From Candidatus Hecatella orcuttiae (GTDB taxonomy: Archaea > Thermoproteota > Bathyarchaeia > Hecatellales > Hecatellaceae), in assembly GCA_002011035.2 (NCBI GenBank), contig MTLY02000002.1, positions 256,001 to 320,000 on the forward strand: a DNA stretch of 64,000 nt. Direction: 5' to 3'. How positions within the stretch are numbered: position 1 is the first letter of the stretch; each line of letters opens with the position of its first letter. The notes under the pieces were generated by a model, which saw nothing but the letters and a program-made list of their open reading frames with translations, did no database searches and had not been told where the DNA came from. The position numbers and the translations under genes were made by a program. This document shows positions 9,642 through 18,772 of the stretch, piece by piece.

Positions 9642-10682
9642 CTATGAAAACCATGTGTCTAAGGTTTTCTTTCCTTTGAGTTCCGTGAAGCCTGCTTCCA
9701 GTTTTCCTAGGGCAGTTCTGACTCTTTCTTCGGAGAAGTCTCTTTCCCCGCAGAGAAATCTGACCGCTCCTTCCACGTCGGGGGGCTTCCATTCGATTTT
9801 AAAGTCGTCGGTAACTTCGGGTTGGAGAAATATGGCGGCGATCTCCTCCCAATTCTCCGGTAGAGCGAGGTTTCTTTCTTGGAAGTAGGAGACCGCTCTC
9901 CCCAGTTCCCCGTATTCCTTTATCAGCTTTAAGGCTGTCTTAGGGCCGATGCCCTTCACGCCTTCAGGGTTGAAGTCGGTGCCGATTAAAATTCCTATGT
10001 CCACCAGCTGCCGGCGTGTAATCCCAAGCTCGGCCAGCAGCTGGCCTAATTCGATAACCTCCGGATTTACCTCCACGTAAGTTTTCTTCCGAGGAAGTTT
10101 TCTGCGGCCTGTGATAGCTAAGTTACGGACCAGCCTAGGAGCCCCGAAAAGCAGAGAGTCGTAGTCTTGGCTTGCGGTCGCCCACACATGGCCTTTCAGG
10201 GCGAGGTAGGCAGCTTGAGCTTCTCCCTCCGAGGGAGCTTGAACCCACGGCACTCCCATGAGGGTGAGAAGAGCCTTAGCGTCCTCCACCATGTAGTCCT
10301 TAAGCTGGGAAGTCATCTGAGCGTAAATCCGCGCCTCCTCCAGCTCCCCTTTTTTCAAGGCTTCCTCATATTTTTCTTCAGCCTGAACCTTCACCAAAGC
10401 CCGCCGCTGGATTTCCCTACTCTTCAAAGAAGGGGGTGTCCCATCGAAGACATAAACCAACTTCAGCCCTTTCTCCGCCAAGTTCGAGCTTCGATACAAG
10501 ATTCCGCTGAGGTGACTGGTCACATGGCCCCGTCGGTCCGTTAAAAGCTCACCTGTGGATTGGCGGATGATGGACAGAAACTGGTATAGGGCATTGTAAG
10601 CGTCCACAGCCACACTTTTTCCGCTCAACTCCTCGAGGCTGAGGACTTTGCGGGGAACTAGGTCCTTCAAGTCTACTCCCAA
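9642..10682 (-). CDS. fen: Flap endonuclease 1
   Basis: MGVDLKDL, DAYNALYQFL, APSEGEAQAA, GIGPKTA, C-terminal PIP-like KTLDTWF. Confidence 0.97.
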   Translation of the reverse strand: MGVDLKDLVPRKVLSLEELSGKSVAVDAYNALYQFLSIIRQSTGELLTDRRGHVTSHLSGILYRSSNLAEKGLKLVYVFDGTPPSLKSREIQRRALVKVQAEEKYEEALKKGELEEARIYAQMTSQLKDYMVEDAKALLTLMGVPWVQAPSEGEAQAAYLALKGHVWATASQDYDSLLFGAPRLVRNLAITGRRKLPRKKTYVEVNPEVIELGQLLAELGITRRQLVDIGILIGTDFNPEGVKGIGPKTALKLIKEYGELGRAVSYFQERNLALPENWEEIAAIFLQPEVTDDFKIEWKPPDVEGAVRFLCGERDFSEERVRTALGKLEAGFTELKGKKTLDTWFS

Positions 10683-10711
10683 GTTTTCCTCCCCTAAGTT
10701 GCCCGCTTTAG

Positions 10712-10951
10712 CTACGTTTTTCGTAGTTCGATTTTTTTCCTGCCTCTGGGAGCTGTGGAAACGTGGATGAGGCCCCGTATTTCCAGCTGAAAGAGCGCCT
10801 TGTTAAGTGTGGAAGCTGAAAGGGTGTCGTCTCCGTCTTTTCTCAGGTTTCTTAAGAGCTCCTCATCGGTGCAGGGACCGGAGACCTTTAGGCTTTCGAT
10901 CACCCGCGCGTGGAGAGGGAGGGACCGCCAAATCTTGCTCATCTGAGACAT
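10712..10951 (-). CDS. Small winged-helix protein between cdc48 and fen
   Basis: 79 aa; LNKALFQLEIRGLIHV recognition helix/wing pattern. Confidence 0.7.
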   Translation of the reverse strand: MSQMSKIWRSLPLHARVIESLKVSGPCTDEELLRNLRKDGDDTLSASTLNKALFQLEIRGLIHVSTAPRGRKKIELRKT

Positions 10952-10996
10952 CTCTGAAGATGAGGGTTAAATTTGAAGGGTGGTGAAGCTGCTGGT

Positions 10997-13177
10997 TTAA
11001 GTTATTGGGGAAGGCGTCAGAGGCTTTTCGACTTTCTTGAAGGTTGCAGCGAAGCTTTCGTAGAATTTCTCCATTTCAGGAGTGATGCTGGGCCCTACCT
11101 TGTTGAAGGCTTCCCGGAAGTCTTCCATCTTAACCTCCTTAGTGGCGAGGTTTTTCCTGAGGGCGTTCAAGCCGGCTTCCCGGCATACAGCTTCGATGTC
11201 AGCTCCGCTGTAGCCTTTGGCCATGGAGGCCAGTTCCTCTAGGCTTACTTGTTTGCTTAAAGGCATCTTAGCGGTGTAGATACGGAAGATTTGAAGCCTA
11301 GCTTTCTCGTCGGGGGCGGGGACGTAGATGAGCCTGTCAAACCGGCCGGGTCTGAGGACAGCGGGGTCTAGGATGTCAGGTCTGTTGGAGGCAGCCAGCA
11401 CGATGATGTTTTCTAAACCGGCTACTCCGTCCATCTCCGTCAACAGCTGGCTTATCACCCGCTCGGAGACCCCTTGATCAGCGTAGCCCATACCCCTTCG
11501 CGGAACGATGGCGTCGAATTCGTCGAAGAAGACTACAGCCGGAGAGGCCATCTTTGCCTTCCGGAAAACTTCCCGAATGGCCTTCTCAGACTCTCCAACC
11601 CACTTGCTGAAGATTTCAGGCCCCTTGATGGAAATGAAGTTAGCTTCACTCTCCGTGGCCACAGCCTTGGCCAGCAGCGTCTTACCGCAACCCGGAGGCC
11701 CGTGGAGAAGGATACCTTTGGTAGGCTTGATTCCGATTTTTTCGAAAGCTTGCGGATATTTAATAGGCCACTCCACGGCCTCCCTCAACTCTGCTTTAAC
11801 CTTCTCTAAGCCCCCTATGTCCTCCCAGCGGATGTTGGGAATCTCCACGTAGACCTCTCTCATTGCCGTAGGAGTGATCTCCCGGTAGGCAGCGAGGAAA
11901 TCGTCCATCTTGATTTCCATGGATTGAAGAATATGAGGCGGAATGTGCTCCTCTTCCACGTTGATATCCGGCAGGTAGCGGCGGAGAGCTTTCATGGCGG
12001 CTTCCCGGCAAAGCGCAGCGATGTCCGCTCCCGTGTAGCCGTGACTCATATCGGCCAGCTTCTTAAGGTCCACATCTTGGGCTAGAGGCATTCCCCTCGT
12101 GTGGATGAGAAGGATCTCATACCGCCCATCCTTGTCGGGAACACCTATTTCGATCTCCCTGTCAAACCGGCCGGGTCTCCGAAGAGCAGGGTCTACGATG
12201 TTGGGAACGTTGGTGGCACCGATGACGATGACGTTACCCCGAGCTTGGAGGCCGTCGAGGAGGGCGAGCAACTGGGCTACAACTCTTTTTTCCACTTCGC
12301 CTACTACCTCCTCCCGTTTGGGGGCGATGGCGTCGATTTCGTCGATGAAAATGATGGAGGGCACGTTCTCCTGGGCTTTCTGGAAGATTTCCCTCAGCCT
12401 AGCCTCAGACTCCCCGTAAAACTTGCTCATGATCTCCGGGCCGTTGATGTTGATAAAGTAGGCGTGGGCTTCGTTGGCCACAGCCTTGGCCAGCAGCGTC
12501 TTACCGCAACCCGGAGGCCCGTGGAGAAGAACCCCTTTAGGCGGGTCGATGCCCAGTCTCTGGAAAAGCTCCGGATGTCTGAGGGGCAGCTCTACCATCT
12601 CCCTGATCCTTTGGACTTCTTCGTGAAGGCCTCCGATGTCTTCGTAGGTCACTCTGGGGATTCCTTTCTTCTCAGGGCTGGGTTCGCTGAGGACTTGGAA
12701 GTTGGAGGAGGCTGAAACCCTGACGATGCCGCTGGGCCGTGTTCTAACCACGGTGAAGGGCATGGCGTTCCCGAAAACCGAGAGAAGGACTATGTCCCCC
12801 TCCACCAGAGGCATCTCCAGCAGCCTCGACCTGACGAAGTTGGTAAAGTCAGAGTCAAACTCAATTCTCACGTCCACCGGAGCTAAGGTTACGGTGTGAG
12901 CGTTTTGAACATGGGCTTTCCTGACGGTTAGGTAATCGTTGAGGGACACGCTGGCATTCCTTCGGATGAGACCGTCGATGCGGATGATGTCCAAGCCTTG
13001 ATCTTCAGGGTAAGCCGGCCAAGCTATGGCGGCGGTGGTTTTCTTACCGCGGATTTCCAAGATGTCCCCTGCCATGACATTAAGCTGGTCCATGGTTTTC
13101 TGGCTTATCCGAGCTTTACCCCTTCCTACATCCCTTTGCTTAGCTTCCGCAACCTTCAACTGAACCTCAGCCGGCAT
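10997..13177 (-). CDS. cdc48: CDC48/VAT family AAA+ ATPase
   Basis: N-domain plus two AAA modules ([23 protein letters not shown]). Confidence 0.97.
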   Translation of the reverse strand: MPAEVQLKVAEAKQRDVGRGKARISQKTMDQLNVMAGDILEIRGKKTTAAIAWPAYPEDQGLDIIRIDGLIRRNASVSLNDYLTVRKAHVQNAHTVTLAPVDVRIEFDSDFTNFVRSRLLEMPLVEGDIVLLSVFGNAMPFTVVRTRPSGIVRVSASSNFQVLSEPSPEKKGIPRVTYEDIGGLHEEVQRIREMVELPLRHPELFQRLGIDPPKGVLLHGPPGCGKTLLAKAVANEAHAYFININGPEIMSKFYGESEARLREIFQKAQENVPSIIFIDEIDAIAPKREEVVGEVEKRVVAQLLALLDGLQARGNVIVIGATNVPNIVDPALRRPGRFDREIEIGVPDKDGRYEILLIHTRGMPLAQDVDLKKLADMSHGYTGADIAALCREAAMKALRRYLPDINVEEEHIPPHILQSMEIKMDDFLAAYREITPTAMREVYVEIPNIRWEDIGGLEKVKAELREAVEWPIKYPQAFEKIGIKPTKGILLHGPPGCGKTLLAKAVATESEANFISIKGPEIFSKWVGESEKAIREVFRKAKMASPAVVFFDEFDAIVPRRGMGYADQGVSERVISQLLTEMDGVAGLENIIVLAASNRPDILDPAVLRPGRFDRLIYVPAPDEKARLQIFRIYTAKMPLSKQVSLEELASMAKGYSGADIEAVCREAGLNALRKNLATKEVKMEDFREAFNKVGPSITPEMEKFYESFAATFKKVEKPLTPSPIT
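11656..11710. repeat. 55-bp exact direct repeat, copy 1 (CDC48 D2 Walker A region)
   Basis: tggccacagcc...cgtggagaag identical to 12475-12529. Confidence 0.9.
12475..12529. repeat. 55-bp exact direct repeat, copy 2 (CDC48 D1 Walker A region)
   Basis: Identical to 11656-11710. Confidence 0.9.
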
Positions 13178-13322
13178 TTTCCTCCTTCACCAGCCTCCAT
13201 TTATCGGAGCTTATAGGCATATTTCAACTGCTGAGTGATTCAATTAACCACCTATACTATAAACTTTTATGAAAACATGGGCTAAACCCTTTCTATTGCC
13301 AGCTTTTCCGCCTTCTTCCCCA

Positions 13323-14396
13323 TCAGAAGTGCGCGAAACACCTCTCCCCCGTGAAGACCATGGCGATGCCATATTGATCGCATGCATCAACCACCTCTTG
13401 ATCCCTAACCGAACCCCCCGGCTGTATGACGGCTGAAACATCGTACTTGGCAATGAGGTCTATGGAGTCCCTGAAGGGGAGAAAACCGTCAGAGGCGAGA
13501 ACAGACCCTCTGAGACTTTCCGCATGCCATTTTAAAGCCTTATCGACGGCTATCTTGACGGCGGTAACCCTATCTTGCTGGCCGGCTCCCACCGAGACTG
13601 TACATCCGTCTTTAGCGAGGACGATGCCGTTTGACCTCACATTGGCGCAAACATACCAAGCGAAAAGCATGTCCTCAAACTCCCGTTCAGTAGGCGTTCT
13701 CCTTGTTACAGGTTGTAAGTCGTCTTTTCTCCTTATTTTTGTGGTGTAGGGATCTGAAACTACAATCGACCCGTCGCCTAAAACGGAAAGACACAGATAG
13801 CCTGTTTCTCCACCTGCAAACTTCGGCAAGCAGTCTAGGTTCGCAATTTGAACTACCCTCATGTTCCTTTTTTCTCCAAACTTCTCCACAGCTCCCTGTT
13901 CATATCTAGGGGCAACTACTCCTTCAACAAAAGTGCTTACAATTTCTCCCGCAGTATCCCCGTCAACCGGACAGTTGAAGCCTACGATGCTGCCGAAGGC
14001 TGCTTGGCTGTCGCTGTCTCTCGCTCGGAGGTAAACTTCTCGCAAGGTGTCGTTTTTCCTGGCCACCGCCACCCCGGTGGGGTTCAAATGCTTCATGACA
14101 GCGCAGGCGGGAGCGTCAAAGTATTTCAGTATGTTTAAAGCCCTGTCCATATCTTCTACATTAGTCTGGCTGAGGCCTTGTTTTCCTGTTTTCAGTTCTT
14201 TCAGGTTTCCCATAACCGCCTTTTTCCCAGCGGGACTGTAGAGAGCTGCCTGCTGATGAGGGTTAACTCCGTATCGGAGGCTTTGGCGTTTTTCGTAAAC
14301 CAACTCCTTGTCGCCTAGGAAAATTCTGAACTGCTGAGGAAGCTTCTCAGGCAAAGCCGTGTGATATATATCCCTCAACTTTGACATGTCAACCAC
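13323..14396 (-). CDS. purH: AICAR transformylase domain of PurH (stand-alone)
   Basis: LRYGVNPHQ, KHLNPTGVA, SNGIV, GQQDRV, ASDGFLPFRD, IQPGGSVRD, RCFAHF. Confidence 0.9.
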   Translation of the reverse strand: MVDMSKLRDIYHTALPEKLPQQFRIFLGDKELVYEKRQSLRYGVNPHQQAALYSPAGKKAVMGNLKELKTGKQGLSQTNVEDMDRALNILKYFDAPACAVMKHLNPTGVAVARKNDTLREVYLRARDSDSQAAFGSIVGFNCPVDGDTAGEIVSTFVEGVVAPRYEQGAVEKFGEKRNMRVVQIANLDCLPKFAGGETGYLCLSVLGDGSIVVSDPYTTKIRRKDDLQPVTRRTPTEREFEDMLFAWYVCANVRSNGIVLAKDGCTVSVGAGQQDRVTAVKIAVDKALKWHAESLRGSVLASDGFLPFRDSIDLIAKYDVSAVIQPGGSVRDQEVVDACDQYGIAMVFTGERCFAHF

Positions 14397-14983
14397 CTTT
14401 CCAGATAGTTTTTTATCGCAACCTCATAGTGGGCTGTTTTTACAAAGGCTTTCACAGCCATTTTTCTTTTGGTTTCAAGGCTAATGCTGCCGCCTGTTTT
14501 TTCCATCTCCTCCGCAATCTCCCCGTACTGTTCAGGTTCAACAACAACAGTAACCGTACCGTGTAAAAGAGAAGCTTTGGCCGCAGCCCTTATCATCGCA
14601 GGTCCACCGATGTCGATGTTTTCCACCACCTCCCGGAAAAGCGCTGTCTTTTCAGCTGCAGTTTTTTCAAAGGGATATAGGTTTACAACAAGCAGATCGA
14701 TAGGTTGAATTCCTTGTGCGGCCATGTATTCGCGGTGTTGTGATCGACTCGGGTCCAGCAACAGGCCGCCGTGGATTTTAGGGTGCAGCGTTTTCAGCAA
14801 GCCATCGGGGCTCTCAGGATAGCCTGTATACGTGGAGATTTCTGCGGCTTCATAGCCGAGTTCCCTGATTTTCCTCGCGGTTCCGCCTGAGGAGATTATT
14901 TCGAAACCATGTTTGGCCAAGGTTTCCAAAAGCATTTTCAGCCCAGTCTTGTTTGAGACACTTATCAAAGCTCGCCTTGCCAA
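14375..14983 (-). CDS. purH: IMP cyclohydrolase (MGS-like) domain of PurH (stand-alone)
   Basis: RALISVSNKTGL, SSGGTA, KTLHPKIHGGLL, NLYPF, ENIDIGGPAMIRAAAK. Confidence 0.9.
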   Translation of the reverse strand: MARRALISVSNKTGLKMLLETLAKHGFEIISSGGTARKIRELGYEAAEISTYTGYPESPDGLLKTLHPKIHGGLLLDPSRSQHREYMAAQGIQPIDLLVVNLYPFEKTAAEKTALFREVVENIDIGGPAMIRAAAKASLLHGTVTVVVEPEQYGEIAEEMEKTGGSISLETKRKMAVKAFVKTAHYEVAIKNYLERWLTCQS

Positions 14984-15099
14984 CGAATACTCACCAGAAC
15001 AGCTCCCTGTCTCATTTATTCATCCTAATTCATAAATACTTCTCAGCTGAGAGAGATCGTTTACGGAAAGCCTGCATCATAGCTTAGGTTTGGTGAAAG

Positions 15100-15753
15100 A
15101 TGGTTAAGGCTAGGGTTGTTTCCTTCGACGTGGAAGGTACAATAGTGACACCGAGCTTCAGCGACTACGTTTGGCTGGAAGCGATACCTCGTCTCTACGC
15201 TCGAAACCGCGGTATCAGTTTTCAAGAAGCCAAAGCGTTCATCACCAAAGAATATGAAAAAGTGGGAATGGATAAGCCGGAATGGTATGATATTGCTTAC
15301 TGGTTTAAGCGTTTCAATCTAGAAAACTTCCAATCCATCTTGGAAGACTCCTTTCACCGCTTGGCCTATTATCCGGAGGTGAAAGAGGTTTTGGAAGGTC
15401 TCCGCGGAGACGGATACAGGCTCATAATTATATCTAATTCCTCTAGGGAATTTCTACGCTTTCAGATAAAGGAGCTAGAAGACTATTTCGACCAAGTGTT
15501 TTCAACGACTTCCGATTTTGCTCAGACAAAACACCATGCAGAGCTCTACTCCAGAATCTACAGCCTGACAGGAGTGACTCCTCAGCAAGCGGTGCATGTG
15601 GGGGACCGTTTGGACTCTGATTTTCACCCACCTAGAAAAGCCGGCGCCATAGCCTACCACTTGGACAGAAGCGGCAGAAACCGGGGAGAATACGTGGTGC
15701 GGGATCTGGTGGAGTTTAGGGAAAAACTCAACCGGTTTGACGGTTGTAGATAA
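15100..15753 (+). CDS. HAD-superfamily hydrolase
   Basis: Motif I FDVEGT, IISNS, HVGDRLDSD. Confidence 0.88.
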   Translation: MVKARVVSFDVEGTIVTPSFSDYVWLEAIPRLYARNRGISFQEAKAFITKEYEKVGMDKPEWYDIAYWFKRFNLENFQSILEDSFHRLAYYPEVKEVLEGLRGDGYRLIIISNSSREFLRFQIKELEDYFDQVFSTTSDFAQTKHHAELYSRIYSLTGVTPQQAVHVGDRLDSDFHPPRKAGAIAYHLDRSGRNRGEYVVRDLVEFREKLNRFDGCR

Positions 15754-15754
15754 A

Positions 15755-16024
15755 TTAGATTCGCCTCACCAAGAAAACTTCAGCCTCCCCCACGCCCTCT
15801 GTCTTTTTCACGGCCTCCTCCACTTTTTCCATTTCGCCGGCTTCGTCTTCTGGGAAGACGACGTGGGCTATGAGGGAAACGAGGCCGAAGGCAATGGGCT
15901 CCTCCTCAAATCTGTGAACGTAGGCTTCTTTGGGGAGATTACTCTTGATAGCCTCCTTTAAATCGGCTAGGTTCACATCAGCGTCGGCTGGAAAAATTTT
16001 AAAAGAAGCCACAACCTTGCTCAT
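15755..16024 (-). CDS. ef1b: Elongation factor 1-beta
   Basis: EEEPIAFGLVSL signature, 89 aa. Confidence 0.95.
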   Translation of the reverse strand: MSKVVASFKIFPADADVNLADLKEAIKSNLPKEAYVHRFEEEPIAFGLVSLIAHVVFPEDEAGEMEKVEEAVKKTEGVGEAEVFLVRRI

Positions 16025-16041
16025 GGGAACCTTTCACCCTC

Positions 16042-16218
16042 CTATGGTCCTACGAAGCCGCATTTAGGGCATTTGTAGGGTCTGCCGAATTTTCTGCATC
16101 TTTCACAGCGGGTGATGGTTACTCCCCCGCAGTTGGGACATGGAAATTTGACGAAATATTCAGTGGGAATGATGGTCTTACCGCACCAGATGCAGGTGGG
16201 AACTTTCAGTTCGCTCAT
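16042..16218 (-). CDS. Small zinc-finger protein (DUF1610/HVO_2753 family), absent from ORF track
   Basis: Hand translation MSELKVPTCIWCGKTIIPTEYFVKFPCPNCGGVTITRCERCRKFGRPYKCPKCGFVGP (58 aa, four CxxC); conserved position upstream of ef1b. Confidence 0.92.
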   Translation of the reverse strand: MSELKVPTCIWCGKTIIPTEYFVKFPCPNCGGVTITRCERCRKFGRPYKCPKCGFVGP

Positions 16219-16364
16219 GACCGTTCACGGCTCTCCATCACTCTGACGAACATGGAATGAAGGAGGAAAAGAACCGACCCCCTATATATAGTTGCCTTAA
16301 CGCGAAGGAAAGACTAAAAACCCAAGATAGGCTGAGAAGATACCACCGTCTTGGAGGGTCAGCT

Positions 16365-16739
16365 GTGAGCGAGCAGCCAAGGGAGTTCAGCTACACTCAG
16401 AACATCGTTATCCGAGCAGACCTTAAAATATCCAAGGGAAAGCTCTGCGGTCAAGCAGCCCACGCAGCGGTCTCCGCGTCGGAGGAAGCCAAGAAACATC
16501 ATGGCGAATGGTGGAAGGCTTGGATGAAAGAAGGGCAGAGGAAAGTCATTCTGAAGGTTGACTCCTTGGAGGAACTCTACCGGTTGAAGGAAAAGGCAGC
16601 CCAGCTGGGTTTACCTTGGGCGCTGGTGGAGGACCGAGGGCTCACGGAGGTTCCGCCAGGCACTGTGACCTGCCTAGGAATAGGCCCTGCTCCTGTAAGC
16701 CTAGTAGACAAGGTAACACGAGAGTTAGCGCTCCTCTGA
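16365..16739 (+). CDS. pth2: Peptidyl-tRNA hydrolase type 2 (probable GTG start at 16365)
   Basis: [31 protein letters not shown]; GGAGG upstream of GTG. Confidence 0.93.
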   Translation: MSEQPREFSYTQNIVIRADLKISKGKLCGQAAHAAVSASEEAKKHHGEWWKAWMKEGQRKVILKVDSLEELYRLKEKAAQLGLPWALVEDRGLTEVPPGTVTCLGIGPAPVSLVDKVTRELALL

Positions 16740-16761
16740 GGGGGGAGGGTCGAGTTTAAGG

Positions 16762-17451
16762 CTAGGCTTGAAGCCGGGCTTCTGGAGGGACATATCGCCC
16801 TCTAGCTTCGATTTCCTTCATCTTCCTCCAAACTTTTTGAGCTTCAGCTTCCCCCACCGTGTTCCTGTAGCCTTCGAAAACAGCTTCGACGCATTTCTTA
16901 GCCCATCTCAGGTGATGGCTTTCAAAAACTTGTTTGAGGAGGTGGAGATCAACCCCTCGGTCTTCCACGCTCTCTGAATGAAAACCCAGCCCGAAGTCTA
17001 CGAAAACCAAACGGCCTTCTGGGGGAAGAATGATATTGGAGGTAGTAAGGTCGCCGTGGATGAGGCCATGACTGTGAAGACGGCCTATATAGATTCCCAA
17101 CTGGAAGCATTTTCTCTCAACCTCCTCCGCGCCCATGTTTCTTTCCAGGAAATCCTTTAACCTCAATCCTTCCACATACTGCAGAACAAGCTCCGTCCTT
17201 TGATGGTCGACAAAATAGACGAGGGGAGTAGGCACTCCTGCAACCTTGGCTTCGTGGAGAAGCTTGGCTTCATGAACAGTCCTAGATTCTCTGATCTTCC
17301 AGTCCAACTCCTTGACCCTATAGGGTTTTCTTATCCTCCGCTTGAAGACAGCCGGGGAACCCATGAACTCCCCCAAGTAAAGATTAGCCTCAGCGCCCTT
17401 CTTCAAGAGCTTCAAAGCCAGTTTCGCCCCCACCAAACTCCTTGAAGCCAA
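16762..17451 (-). CDS. bud32: KEOPS complex kinase Bud32
   Basis: KGAEA, RTVHEAKLL, HGDLTTSN, DFGLG, EDRGVDL, RGRY. Confidence 0.93.
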   Translation of the reverse strand: MASRSLVGAKLALKLLKKGAEANLYLGEFMGSPAVFKRRIRKPYRVKELDWKIRESRTVHEAKLLHEAKVAGVPTPLVYFVDHQRTELVLQYVEGLRLKDFLERNMGAEEVERKCFQLGIYIGRLHSHGLIHGDLTTSNIILPPEGRLVFVDFGLGFHSESVEDRGVDLHLLKQVFESHHLRWAKKCVEAVFEGYRNTVGEAEAQKVWRKMKEIEARGRYVPPEARLQA

Positions 17452-17793
17452 GGATTTCCCTCTCTCCTAGAGCATCTCCGACAGTCTCCATGAAGATGCT
17501 GGAACACATAAGGCCTCGGTTAAAATCTGTTCTGCAACTGGAGTTATAGGTTTTATTGATCACCATTCATTTTTAATCGCTAGGCTACGTAAGAAGCAGC
17601 CTTGCAGGGATAAAGGCGATGTTCTTTCTAAAAAGTCGGAAAACCGGCTTCCAACTTTCTTAATTCGCTGAGAATGCTTCTTCCAATGTTTTAATAAATT
17701 TAATAAAGCATAAATCCTCCCAAGACTCATAAAGAGTCAATTTCACGGGGAGCTATCTTTCCAGTTACTTGTCCTTATCCTAAGAGGGCTAAC

Positions 17794-18123
17794 ATGATGA
17801 CGTTTAAAAATTATGATGATGCAAGCAGTGAAATTCTCATGCAATGCATTCATCGAGCCCTCTCAGACCTTCTGGGAAACAGCGGCGCTAAGGCTATTTT
17901 TTACCATTTAGATATAGATGAAAAAATGGTTAATTTGAACACTTTCACGGAGAAGCTGAGGCAGATTTTCGGCATAGGAGCACGCATACTGGAAGAGCGC
18001 ATTGTAAGCACCCTCAGCCATGAACTTGGAGTTCGACCTCCTAGGCGGGATCTTGAATTTGGAGAGAAAGTTCAGAAAGTTTTAGACGCGGGGCTTAAGA
18101 AAAAGAAGAAAAGAAAATCATAA
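17794..18123 (+). CDS. Hypothetical protein in AT-rich patch
   Basis: 109-aa ORF, LGNSGAKAIFYHL...LRQIFGIGARILE pattern seen in small archaeal domains; basic C-terminus. Confidence 0.6.
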   Translation: MMTFKNYDDASSEILMQCIHRALSDLLGNSGAKAIFYHLDIDEKMVNLNTFTEKLRQIFGIGARILEERIVSTLSHELGVRPPRRDLEFGEKVQKVLDAGLKKKKKRKS

Positions 18124-18251
18124 AATGCAAATTTATTTAGTTTAATTCATCAAGCCGTAAACTTTTGTTCAAAAACATTTTAACGCATTACTAAATTTTT
18201 GGATATAAAAAATCGGTGGGAAAATTTATCTTTCTAGATCAAGGCTCTTGC

Positions 18252-18302
18252 TTATTTTTTCTTTCCTTTTTTCCCTTTCTTCCCGCTTTTCTTTTTTGCC
18301 AT
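18252..18302 (-). CDS. Putative 16-aa Lys/Gly-rich micropeptide MAKKKSGKKGKKGKKK
   Basis: ATG...TAA ORF with GAGGT SD 8 nt upstream, BRE/TATA-like CGCAAAATTTTTAAA further upstream and a T-tract downstream. Confidence 0.55.
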   Translation of the reverse strand: MAKKKSGKKGKKGKKK

Positions 18303-18367
18303 TATTTCTAACCTCGCCGTTAGATTTTTGAGTCTTCTTCTTTAAAAATTTTGCGATACAGACGTGT

Positions 18368-18697
18368 TCAAATTTCCAGCCGAGTTGTTTTCGGCCTTTC
18401 CCGGGGTTTAAGGAATTCGGATCCCTTTTCGGTTATCTCCACATCGTATTCCAAAAAGGTTTTGGCCTGGGTTCGAATTTTCTCGTTCATTTCTTTCAAC
18501 TCTTCGAGGGAGAATTTAGCCATGATCTCCGGGTTTGAAACCCACTGCAACCATCCTGCAAGGCTTCGCTGCATCACTTGAAGAGAAAAGTAAAGGCTTC
18601 TTACCAGTTCAAGGCGATCCAATTCACCGGAGGCCTTAAGCTCGTCCATCAGCTTCAAAAGCCTTCTGGTTTCCCGAGTCCATCTATCTTCACTCAG
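18368..18697 (-). CDS. DUF2153-family protein; probable CTG start at 18697
   Basis: DRLELV...SLAGWLQWVSNP...FLEYDVEIT; in-frame extension MSEDRWTRE preceded by GGTGAGGAGGG. Confidence 0.8.
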   Translation of the reverse strand: MSEDRWTRETRRLLKLMDELKASGELDRLELVRSLYFSLQVMQRSLAGWLQWVSNPEIMAKFSLEELKEMNEKIRTQAKTFLEYDVEITEKGSEFLKPRERPKTTRLEI

Positions 18698-18772
18698 CCC
18701 TCCTCACCTGTCAGAATCTCTCCCCGCCCAGCTTTTAACCTTGCGTCCTGAAGACCTGAAGCGTTGTAGCTG

